DNA of 62,919 nucleotides, counting the filler, from Octopus bimaculoides (lineage: Eukaryota): NCBI RefSeq assembly GCF_001194135.2. It is 8 parts of 7 records of this genome, joined end to end, with 100 filler letters (N's around TTAATTAATTAA, not from the genome) between each part and the next. Parts side by side here need not be neighbours in the genome. Positions count along the whole stretch, not along the records: positions 9,086 to 16,457 come from NC_068986.1; positions 16,558 to 22,832 come from NC_069003.1; 6 more parts are not named here. One strand, written 5' to 3'. The notes beneath the pieces are model-generated. The model was given only the letters and a program-made list of their open reading frames with translations. It searched no databases and was not told the DNA's origin. The translations under genes and the position numbers were made by a program. Shown here piece after piece: positions 11,413 to 22,135 of the stretch (the stretch's first letter is position 1; every line of letters starts with the position of its first letter).

Positions 11413-11511
11413 GAAAGAGCTGACCAAATTCATTGTAAATTACAGAGGACGGTTGATTTTGTGAAAGAAGTTATGCAGCCATTGTTGTCTTCGGTCTATG
11501 TCATTCCACCA
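11413..11511 (+). CDS. Internal coding exon of an unidentified gene (phase 0 to phase 0)
   Basis: tcttgtttgtag| acceptor and |gtaagt donor; 99 nt; ERADQIHCKLQRTVDFVKEVMQPLLSSVYVIPP; in frame with the next exon. Confidence 0.6.
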
Positions 11512-12859
11512 GTAAGTTACTTTCCTAATTTCCTTTCCCTTAAAGTTTTTTTTTTTCTTGTGACAATAGAAATGTCTTAATAATATTGATTCCTATCTTT
11601 TCAAAATGTAAAATTTACTTGTTTGTTTTCTCAGTCATTATTGAACAGATGTTTATTCTTTTGTGTGTGAAATGAATGTAGATATATGTTTACTTTGAGC
11701 GACAAAACAAAATGAGAAAAAGAAGGTAGATAGACCCGTGAAACCCAGTTTTATTGCAGTTAGCATTAAGTTATCTCATTGAGAAGAGAATGTACAATCA
11801 ACTAGCAATCAACCTAAAGAGTTAACAATATCAAAATGTTATATATATATATACATGTGCTTGGTAGTTGGCTAAAAGTATTTATTTTGTAGTCAGGAGT
11901 TCAAATCTGGTTATATTAACCAATGGTCTGGTTAGTATTTACTGCATAAAGTAAGTTTTAATAATTTTATTTACCAAGAATAATGTCTTAAAATTTCATT
12001 TATTATGGATTTTTTGGGGTTGGGTTTTGGTTTTTAACGAGAAATGAGATTGTTCTAGCTTTTAGGTAAGTGTAACAAGTCCTTATCAAAGTTGTTTGGA
12101 AACCATTCCTCTAAACTTCCTTTTACTCTCCCACCTCATTTATGTGTTCTTTCCAGACATAATAAGGATAAGCAAGAGCCATGAACACTACTCCTCTCCT
12201 TTGTACAGTGTAATAAAACTTGTACATTCATTTCTCAAAAAAAATTAACCTTTCTTCCCCACTCCTTCAATATATGTTATTCCAAAATGATTTTCATACT
12301 GTTTTCTTGGCATGAAATAAAATTTGGGAAAGCTGTATTGCAACTGGAAGTTTATTGTAGAAGTATAGAACTTTTCCTTTTAAATTCTCAGATTATCATC
12401 ATTGCTTTCAAGTTCGTCTTCTGAAACATGACATTACCTATTTAAAATATGTTTCCCAAATTGAGAATTATACCTTGGAAGTTTACTTCCAACAATGGTA
12501 ATCTTTCTAAAATTGTTTAATGAGTCTATTTTATACTAGCTAATGCTTTTAACACCAAAACTCTTATTTTTGTCCATTTTTCCACATTTTTTAGGACTCT
12601 GTTTCTCGACAAATCACTTTTCTCTAACATTGCTTAAGTGACTCAGGTTTTGTATCCAAGTATTCAAGACCAAATGTGCATTAAATAGATTGTTTGTTGT
12701 TCCTATGTTCTGTTGATTGGCTGGTAAGAGCTTATCCACTTTCTCCAGTCATTGCATAAATAGAATCCTAGTTATACGAGATTTGAGATCCAATTTCTAT
12801 TTTAGCTGATATTTTGCAGTTGTTTAGTCTTTCTAATATATATTTTATTTTACTTTTAG

Positions 12860-12926
12860 CTGCTTGAAAAAATACCAATAGGTTTTGCTGAGAAAGTGAA
12901 TAGAGCTGTAAAAAAGGCTAGACCAG
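12860..12926 (+). CDS. Internal coding exon of the same unidentified gene (phase 0 to phase 1)
   Basis: ttttattttacttttag| acceptor and CCAG|gtaaag donor; 67 nt; LLEKIPIGFAEKVNRAVKKARP. Confidence 0.6.
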
Positions 12927-13281
12927 GTAAAGTGATAGCTATATAATTTGAATGCATGAATATACAAAATGTGTCTTTAGCAATCATAGATTGTATTGAC
13001 TTATAAAATCATAATGTCTTGAGACTTCTCAGTATTGTTTACTTTCTTATCAATAATTAATTATGCTGTATGATAAGGAAATCATCAATCATCATAATAG
13101 TAAATGGACATATGATTCACCACAGTAACAAACATACATAATTGGGTTTTTTTTTAGTTTGAAAATATCTAAAAGTCCTCCTCCTTGTATACCAAGTCAT
13201 TTATTCTCTAAAATATGGAAGCAATTGTGATTCCTAAGCAATGGGAATTAGTTTCTAAATATTAATATATGAATAAATTAA

Positions 13282-13500
13282 AGTGGCAAGCTGGCAGAAC
13301 CATTAGTACACTAGGCAAAATGCTTAGCGGCATTTCATCCGTCTTTATGTTCTGAGTTCAAATTCTGCTTAAGTTGACTTTGCCTTTCATCTTTTGAGAT
13401 CGACAAAATAAGTAAGTACCAGTTAAGCATTGGGGGTCAATGTAATCAACTTACCCACTCACCCCAAGTTGCTGGCCTTGTGCCAAAATTTGAAATCAAT
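13282..13500 (+). mobile_element. SINE family B, near full length
   Basis: ggcaagctggcagaaccattag...ttctgagttcaaattc...gccttgtgccaaaatttgaaa; reverse copies at 30490 and 61440. Confidence 0.85.
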
Positions 13501-13876
13501 TTATGAATAAATTTTGTTTTAAGAAACGATGATCAAGCACAACCAGTGGACAGCTGTGACGAGTAACAATATACTTTCATTTCAGTACAATAAACAGGAT
13601 GTGTGAAACTTATAGAGAATTGGTCCTTTCATTTCAATTATGTTAAATTAACACAAAACTTAACTCCTCAAATAAACTAAGAATCATAGCTGACACATAA
13701 GTCATCATATTTTCATGAATACAGACATCATTACTAGAATGAATAGTGAAATTTCAGCTTATCTGTAACATGATATCTGGTTGATATCATCCTATATTGT
13801 ATTGTAATTCCAAGTAGTATTTCCTCTTAAAAGCTATGTTAGAACAATGTAAGTTTTTGTCTATTAAATAAACCAG

Positions 13877-13924
13877 CTTGTTGGATACTGAAGTAGATAC
13901 TGAAGATAAGAACAAAAAAATAGA
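13877..13924 (+). CDS. Candidate penultimate exon (phase 2 to phase 2)
   Basis: aaaccag| acceptor (weak) and GA|gtaaga donor; LLDTEVDTEDKNKKI. It joins in frame to 15231, but the phase link back to 12926 is unresolved. Confidence 0.35.
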
Positions 13925-14227
13925 GTAAGAAATGACACGTTTGTGTGGTTAAGAAGCCTCCAGTCAGCCAGTGCCTTCAGAGAGAAATTTAGTATGTGGA
14001 GACTGCAAAATTTATCACATATGTTTATCTATATCTGTTGCCAGTGTATATCAGCAGAAGATGTACAGTTCTGGGAGTAAAATCAGTGCATTCAAAGAAA
14101 AATATCTTGTGGTATTTACTCAGCTTGAGTTACACAGACAATTCTTTGTCATTCTCACCATCGAAAATGCAGTGAACCAGTGACTGGCTAGTTGGAAATC
14201 CCCACCTACAAAATGCATGGTATAAAT

Positions 14228-14576
14228 ATAATTTTATTGCTCAGTGGTAATAGTGTCAGGCTCACAATAATGAGGCAGTGGGTTCAATTCCCAGCCCAGG
14301 TTGTGTGTTGTGTTCTTGAGCAAAACACTTTATTTCATGTTGCTCCAGTTCACTCAGCTGTAGACATGAGTTGTGACATCACTGGTACCAAGCTGTATCG
14401 GCCTTTGTCTTTCCCTTGGATAACACTGGTGGCGTGGAGAGGGGAGGCCGGTAGGCATGAGCAACTGCTGGTCTTCCATAAACAACCTTGCCCAGACTTG
14501 TGCCTTGGAGGGGAACTTTCTAGGTGCAATCCCATGGTTATTCATGACCAAAGTGGGTTTTTACCTTCTATTCTTT
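14228..14576 (+). mobile_element. SINE family D, second copy
   Basis: Aligns by eye with 10675-11012. Confidence 0.85.
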
Positions 14577-14877
14577 AAAGAATGAAACCCTCAAATTAGT
14601 TATTACTAAATAGATGACAAATATTTGTATTCGGCACATAGCTTTAATAACATTTTAGCATTGTTATGATAGGACACAAGATAGATTCAATGCAACCAAG
14701 CATATTACTGAAGAAAAATCACACTCCATTGTTTAGGCTGCTTTCTCTCTTCTGAAAAATTAGCAATTGCTTTTTAATGTTTTGATTTAGATATTTCATT
14801 TCACTTAAATTTTATGAATTTATTTTGTATCTTTTCTAAAACTTTGAACATAGAACAATACTTTTAACTACAAAACT

Positions 14878-15090
14878 GGCACGGAAGCCGCCTGACTGGC
14901 CTTCGTGCCGGTGGCACGTAAAAGAACCCACTACACTCTCAGAGTGGTTGGCATTAGGAAGGGCATCCAGCTGTAGAAACTCTGCCAGATCAGGTTGGAG
15001 CCTGGTGTAGCCATCTGGTTCGCCAGTCCTCAGTCAAATCATCCAACCCATGCTCGCATGGAAAGCGAACGTTAAACGATGATGATGATG
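14878..15090 (+). mobile_element. SINE family C, 5'-truncated
   Basis: Matches the 3' half of 10275-10662 and ends in (GAT)n. Confidence 0.9.
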
Positions 15091-15230
15091 AGTTTATATT
15101 CTTAAATTTTTATTTCATATAATCCATAACAAAATATCTGCTAAGCATGAAGTGAGGCCTTTTGTGAAATGCAATATTTGAAATCTATGTGATTTCCATA
15201 TATATTGAAAACAATGTTTGTTTCAATCAG

Positions 15231-15288
15231 ATGGTTGAAGGCAATACAGAAGTCATCACCATTTTTGCATCCATTTAGCATGAGTTAA
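15231..15288 (+). CDS. Candidate terminal coding exon
   Basis: tgtttgtttcaatcag| acceptor; the phase-2 reading gives (E)WLKAIQKSSPFLHPFSMS*. Confidence 0.35.
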
Positions 15289-16142
15289 ATGGATCTCACA
15301 GTGACTCACTTCTTGTCACCTGACATACACTGCAACAGAGAAAACCAACCAATTTTGTTGTTGTGTATATCTTACAGTGTGGACTGTGTGCTATATCATG
15401 CCACCAGTACTAGAGACATTTTCTCCCAAACTAAAGAGTCATTTCTACTCTGTATGTTTTTTTTGTTTTTTATTGGTGTTACTACTTTCCTAAATAAGTA
15501 TCCCGCAATGCTGCTTGCTGAAATCTCTAATGCACTCTTGTGCATTGTTTGAATTTTACTAGGGACCACTAATGTTAAATTACAGAAACTGTTTTTGAGT
15601 ACACATGCAACCATAAACTTCCAAATTTGTCAATATTTTGCTATCTTTGAACAAAGCTTACATTTTGTTCATAAAAACATGGATGATACCTGATGACTTT
15701 TCATCAAACTTTAATTAAGTTACAAAGGGCACTTGTTTTTTTTTTTATCTTTGCCACAAGGATTCATCATCATCATCACCATCATTTAACATGATGGATC
15801 ACTGTGGCAACGAAGAAAAAAATCCATTGATAAATAATAGTCCTTTCAGTAAAAGCAAGAAATATAGAGAGGGATCTTTTGATTTATCATACACACATAC
15901 CATTTGTGTTTATAAAAAGAAAACTTCTACTATATTGTGGCTTAGATCTAAGTTAACCCTGATCATCCAGGATGTCTATATTCAAAGACATTCCAGTTGT
16001 AACCATTTTTTTATCTAAAGTAATGTGTCCTTTATGTAAGATTGTAAGGTGTGATTTAAAGATTTGAATGCTATTTTATACAATAGTCAAGCAATATAAC
16101 CTAATTCTCATTATCTTGTATCAATTATATTTAGAATTATGT

Positions 16143-16457
16143 TCATCATCATCATCATCATCATCGTTTAACGTCCGCTTTCCATGCTAGCACGGGTTGG
16201 ACGATTTGACTGAGGACTGGTGAAACCGGATGGCAACACCAGGCTCCAATCTAATTTGGCAGAGTTTCTACAGCTGGATGCCCTTCCTAACGCCAACCAC
16301 TCAGAGAGTGTAGTGGGTGCTTTTACGTGTCACCCGCACGAAAACGGCCACGCTCGAAATGGTGTCTTTTATGTGCCACCCGCACAAGAGCCAGTCCAGG
16401 GGCACTGGCAACGATCTCGCTCGAAAACCCTACAAGGCCAGTCAGGCGGTACTGGCA
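16143..16457 (-). mobile_element. SINE family C, inverted copy cut by a gap
   Basis: Reverse complement of the family C 3' part, starting with (CAT)n. Confidence 0.9.
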
Positions 16458-16557
16458 NNNNNNNNNNNNNNNNNNNNNNNNNNNNNNNNNNNNNNNNNNN
16501 NTTAATTAATTAANNNNNNNNNNNNNNNNNNNNNNNNNNNNNNNNNNNNNNNNNNNN

Positions 16558-16991
16558 TCTCTATGTAGCTTGTGTGTTTTCTGTACTCTGGTTATTATTA
16601 TTTCCTGTCTACGTTTTGTTTGCAATATCCTGTACCCAGATATGCACCTATATACACAGGTAGACGTAGGTATGCACACACCTGTACGTATATATGCATA
16701 TACTCTTTTATTATTTGTTTTTACATGACCGAACGCCAGCGTCACCACTGTTGTAAGTAATTTCAACTTTATATTTTCTGACGCTACTCTATCTCTTTCT
16801 CTATCACTTTTCCCCCCTCTCGGTCTTCCTCTGTTACTACTACGTTTCTCTCTTTACCCCTCTCATTCTTCCTTCTATTACTACTATATCTCTCTCTTCC
16901 CCCCTCGTACTTCCTCTGTTACTACTATATTCCTCTCTTTCTCTCGTTGCTCACCTATTCTTCTACTTCCTCCCTTTGTTTCTCCCTCTAC

Positions 16992-17022
<31 letters not shown>

Positions 17023-17294
17023 CACTGCATGGTCACTTGCTTCCGGTCAATAATCCTGTTCTTCCTTGGCTATCGCCGAGCAAACACGTGAACTTACTTC
17101 GTCCCCACTTTCAAGTTCGTGCCTCACAGCGTTCATATACACATAATTTTTCACGTCTGGCCGCATGGCCTTTTCCGTTTGTTTTCCTGTCTTGTTTTCT
17201 TTTCCGTTTGTTTTCCTGTCTTTTTTTTTTGTCCGCCACTACATTCCTCCATGGCACAGGTTTAATTTGTGTATACAAATTTAATTTGCGGTCC
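16558..17294 (+). mobile_element. Non-coding pyrimidine-rich repeat (Penelope pLTR/retrozyme-like family), flanked by gaps on both sides
   Basis: About 17030-17294 matches the reverse complement of 60509-60760. The tcctgtac motif is shared with 32808. No coding capacity. Confidence 0.6.
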
Positions 17295-18685
17295 NNNNNN
17301 NNNNNNNNNNNNNNNNNNNNNNNNNNNNNNNNNNNNNNNNNNNNNNNNNNNNNNNNNNNNNNNNNNNNNNNNNNNNNNNNNNNNNNNNNNNNNNNNNNNN
17401 NNNNNNNNNNNNNNNNNNNNNNNNNNNNNNNNNNNNNNNNNNNNNNNNNNNNNNNNNNNNNNNNNNNNNNNNNNNNNNNNNNNNNNNNNNNNNNNNNNNN
17501 NNNNNNNNNNNNNNNNNNNNNNNNNNNNNNNNNNNNNNNNNNNNNNNNNNNNNNNNNNNNNNNNNNNNNNNNNNNNNNNNNNNNNNNNNNNNNNNNNNNN
17601 NNNNNNNNNNNNNNNNNNNNNNNNNNNNNNNNNNNNNNNNNNNNNNNNNNNNNNNNNNNNNNNNNNNNNNNNNNNNNNNNNNNNNNNNNNNNNNNNNNNN
17701 NNNNNNNNNNNNNNNNNNNNNNNNNNNNNNNNNNNNNNNNNNNNNNNNNNNNNNNNNNNNNNNNNNNNNNNNNNNNNNNNNNNNNNNNNNNNNNNNNNNN
17801 NNNNNNNNNNNNNNNNNNNNNNNNNNNNNNNNNNNNNNNNNNNNNNNNNNNNNNNNNNNNNNNNNNNNNNNNNNNNNNNNNNNNNNNNNNNNNNNNNNNN
17901 NNNNNNNNNNNNNNNNNNNNNNNNNNNNNNNNNNNNNNNNNNNNNNNNNNNNNNNNNNNNNNNNNNNNNNNNNNNNNNNNNNNNNNNNNNNNNNNNNNNN
18001 NNNNNNNNNNNNNNNNNNNNNNNNNNNNNNNNNNNNNNNNNNNNNNNNNNNNNNNNNNNNNNNNNNNNNNNNNNNNNNNNNNNNNNNNNNNNNNNNNNNN
18101 NNNNNNNNNNNNNNNNNNNNNNNNNNNNNNNNNNNNNNNNNNNNNNNNNNNNNNNNNNNNNNNNNNNNNNNNNNNNNNNNNNNNNNNNNNNNNNNNNNNN
18201 NNNNNNNNNNNNNNNNNNNNNNNNNNNNNNNNNNNNNNNNNNNNNNTACACACACACACACACATACATACATACATACATACATACACACACATTATAT
18301 ATATATATATTACATAATAATAAAATATGCAAGAGTGCAAGCAAGGTACTTAGAAGCATTTTTGCGCGTAATGAAAGCTCATACATCACACTGTAAATAT
18401 TGGTTGGGTTAAGTGTGTTGACAGCTTAATGCGTTGAATAGACTTGTTGATTATAGGAGCTCGTGTTGTCAGGTGGATAACATGCGAAGTCCAAGAGAAA
18501 TGACGTTCACGAAATGGGGAAGAGAGAAGCAGAGATCAAGGGAGAAAACTCTTTATATATACGCGCACACATCTATCTATTTATTTATTTATCTATCTAT
18601 CTATCTATCTATCGATCGATCTATCTGTGTCTGTCTCTTTCCACATATAAATATATATATATTTTTTTTATCGTTTACTTTTCCC

Positions 18686-18800
18686 CTACTTGTTTCAGTC
18701 ATTAGACTGCGGCCATGCTGGGGCATCACTTTAAAAACTTTTAATCGAACGAAACGACCACAGGACTTACTTGTTTTAAGACTGGTACTTCTATCATTAT
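18686..18800 (-). mobile_element. SINE family A 3' tail
   Basis: cttgtttcagtcattagactgcggccatgctgg matches the tail at 47331-47390. Confidence 0.75.
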
Positions 18801-19270
18801 CTTTTTCACACACACACACATACACACACACACACACACACANNNNNNNNNNNNNNNNNNNNNNNNNNNNNNNNNNNNNNNNNNNNNNNNNNNNNNNNNN
18901 NNNNNNNNNNNNNNNNNNNNNNNNNNNNNNNNNNNNNNNNNNNNNNNNNNNNNNNNNNNNNNNNNNNNNNNNNNNNNNNNNNNNNNNNNNNNNNNNNNNN
19001 NNNNNNNNNNNNNNNNNNNNNNNNNNNNNNNNNNNNNNNNNNNNNNNNNNNNNNNNNNNNNNNNNNNNNNNNNNNNNNNNNNNNNNNNNNNNNNNNNNNN
19101 NNNNNNNNNNNNNNNNNNNNNNNNNNNNNNNNNNNNNNNNNNNNNNNNNNNNNNNNNNNNNNNNNNNNNNNNNNNNNNNNNNNNNNNNNNNNNNNNNNNN
19201 NNNNNNNNNNNNNNNNNNNNNNNNNTGTGACACTGTCTTGTGCTGGGGCACGTATATACAGATATATATA

Positions 19271-20205
19271 CAGATGTCCTTACAGTTTCGGGCAGTTACA
19301 CTTGAGACTGTTCGATTTGGTTGCTCCCTAAACAGTCGAATCTAAGAGCATTAGATTTTTCACGAATGATCCATCCATTTTTTCCTGTCCTTCTAATTGT
19401 TGTTTTTCCTGTCCACCTTCGTATCGTCTACCTGTCCGGTTGTTTTATTGTCCTCTATTGCGCTTTTGTTCCATTTTATATATTTATATATACATATAGC
19501 GGCGTACGTACAGACTTGTGCTCACCTTATAGTAAGTGTGTATCTAAATTTTGTACGATTCTTTTACTGTCTTTTAGTCCACCTCATACTTTCTTCTCCT
19601 TTGCTTTTTCTCGCTCCCGTCTCTCACATTTCTTGGCCCACTCTTTTTTTAACTCCCACTTTTCCTCCTCGTTTATCTCCCCTGTACCCTTCCATTTGTC
19701 TCTGAATTTTTTCTAATCCTTCAATCCTGTTGCCCCTACCTCTCTCTCTTCCTTTCACATGACCAGTGTTCGGTCAGCTTTGATCTTCCTTTCTTGACCT
19801 GAGTGCCGACCACTAACGCCTCTTATGTCCATCTCCTATGTTCCTGCCTTTAGGTTTTCACGTTACACACGGCAGCTCAATTTTATTCGTCCTCAGTCGA
19901 AAGACACCTGTTGTTATATTCTTGTTTTATATTTGTAATTGTGTACCATGTTCTCCGTTTTTTGTCCTGGTTGTTGCACACATTCACTACCTTTCATGCA
20001 AAAAGCCTAATGCTTTTGACTTAAACTTTTTGGGGGGGACAACAAGATCGAATAGTTTCAAGTGTAACTGCCCGAAACTGTGAGGACATCTGGTAACTTG
20101 ACTGTCGAAAGAACGCTAAGAATGATCGGTCCTTCTTTTTCCTATCGCTCTAATTGTTTTTCTTCCTGTCCGGTTGTTTTATTGTCCTCTATTGCGTTTT
20201 TGTTC
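19271..20205 (+). mobile_element. Non-autonomous element with an inverted 5' cap and terminal direct repeat (Penelope-type architecture)
   Basis: 19271-19362 is an inverted copy of 19998-20092. 19364-19471 is repeated directly at 20120-20205. Confidence 0.65.
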
Positions 20206-20326
20206 AAGTTAAATGTGTATATCAATGTATCTGAAGATAACTTTGTATTGTCAATTATAAACTGATATAAAGCTTGAAACACGTGTACCGCAGAATCCTT
20301 TGTGTTTTAGTTTTTATTTTTTTGCA

Positions 20327-20372
20327 TCGACACAACATGTATATATATATATATATATACATGTTGTGTCGA
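20327..20372. repeat. Perfect 46-bp palindrome with (AT)9 centre
   Basis: tcgacacaacatgt-(at)9-acatgttgtgtcga. Confidence 0.95.
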
Positions 20373-20541
20373 CGCCCCCAGGCGCAGACGTAGCGTCTCC
20401 CAAGACATATAAATAGTGGTAGTCTGGCCGTGGTGGTAGTGTTGAGTAGTAGTCAAGTAGCAGTTGTGTAGCGGTTGAGTAGAGATCATCCGAAGGTACT
20501 AGATAGCGGTAGCTTGAGACATAACAATATATTTACATAAT

Positions 20542-20580
<39 letters not shown>

Positions 20581-21273
20581 NNNNNNNNNNNNNNNNNNNN
20601 NNNNNNNNNNNNNNNNNNNNNNNNNNNNNNNNNNNNNNNNNNNNNNNNNNNNNNNNNNNNNNNNNNNNNNNNNNNNNNNNNNNNNNNNNNNNNNNNNNNN
20701 NNNNNNNNNNNNNNNNNNNNNNNNNNNNNNNNNNNNNNNNNNNNNNNNNNNNNNNNNNNNNNNNNNNNNNNNNNNNNNNNNNNNNNNNNNNNNNNNNNNN
20801 NNNNNNNNNNNNNNNNNNNNNNNNNNNNNNNNNNNNNNNNNNNNNNNNNNNNNNNNNNNNNNNNNNNNNNNNNNNNNNNNNNNNNNNNNNNNNNNNNNNN
20901 NNNNNNNNNNNNNNNNNNNNNNNNNNNNNNNNNNNNNNNNNNNNNNNNNNNNNNNNNNNNNNNNNNNNNNNNNNNNNNNNNNNNNNNNNNNNNNNNNNNN
21001 NNNNNNNNNNNNNNNNNNNNNNNNNNNNNNNNNNNNNNNNNNNNNNNNNNNNNNNNNNNNNNNNNNNNNNNNNNNNNNNNNNNNNNNNNNNNNNNNNNNN
21101 NNNNNNNNNNNNNNNNNNNNNNNNNNNNNNNNNNNNNNNNNNNNNNNNNNNNNNNNNNNNNNNNNNNNNNNNNNNNNNNNNNNNNNNNNNNNNNNNNNNN
21201 NNNNNNNNNNNNNNNNNNNNNNNNNNNNNNNNNNNNNNNNNNNNNNNNNNNNNNNNNNNNNNNAAGAGTAAAT

Positions 21274-21321
<48 letters not shown>

Positions 21322-21322
<1 letters not shown>

Positions 21323-21463
21323 GACTGGCTTCTTTCAGTTTCTGTCTACCAACTGGACATAGAGAAGCCTGATCGGCCGGAGATTGTAATTGAATACAGC
21401 CACGTTTTCACGCAATGGGACTGAACCCGGTGCCATTTTGTTCGAAAGCAAACTTCTAACCAC
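21322..21463 (-). mobile_element. SINE family A 5' part (diverged)
   Basis: ggcttctttcagtttctgtctacc...ggactgaacccgg...cttctaaccacac. Confidence 0.7.
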
Positions 21464-21511
21464 ACAAAACACACACACTCACACAAACACATTTACATAC
21501 ATACACAGACC

Positions 21512-22135
21512 AGGTGCAGGTGTGGCTGTGTGGTAAGACGCTTACTTCCCAACCGCATGGTTCCGGATTCTGTCCAACAGCGTCGCTCCTTATCAAAGTA
21601 TCTTCTATTATAGCCTTTGGCTGACCAAAGACTTGTAAGTGGATTTGGTAGGCAGAAACTGAAAGAAGCCCGTCGTATACATAAATGAAGAAAACCTCCG
21701 ATCAACAAACAAATCAATTGGGCCACACGTATAGCTTGTTATTTAATAGAAAACATTATATAACATTTATGTTACAACAATTCTTACGGCCGTTTCTGCT
21801 TCCGATGCCCTGCAAGCGGAAACGGCCGTAAGAATTGTTATGTCACATAAATGTTATGTAATGTTTTGTAGTAAATAATAATCTAAAGATGTGGCCCACT
21901 AGATTTGTTTGTTGATCGGAGATTTTCTTCATTTTCTGATTATTTTATTTGATTCCTGTTAAACTTTTATTTATTCTGTTGTTACCTGTACTCTACGAGC
22001 ATAGTGTGCCTGTATACCCATGCCCAGAGATAACACGAGTAACTTATACCCATAGTATATACGATTGTTCTATCGACTAAAGGCGGTACTCCAACATGGC
22101 CACTGTCAAATCACTGAAACAGATAAAAGAATAAG
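21512..22135 (+). mobile_element. SINE family A split by a fold-back insertion (head 21512-21678, tail about 22060-22135)
   Basis: The head ggtgcaggtgtggctgtgtggtaag...gaagcccgtcg is followed by unrelated sequence, then by the tail cgactaaaggcggtactccaacatggccactgtcaaatcactgaaac. Confidence 0.75.
21683..21934. mobile_element. About 250-bp fold-back element with a hammerhead-like core at its centre
   Basis: The two arms of about 120 nt are reverse complements (roughly 85% by eye). The centre reads CCGATGCCCTGCAAGCGGAAACGGCCGTAAGAA. Confidence 0.8.
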
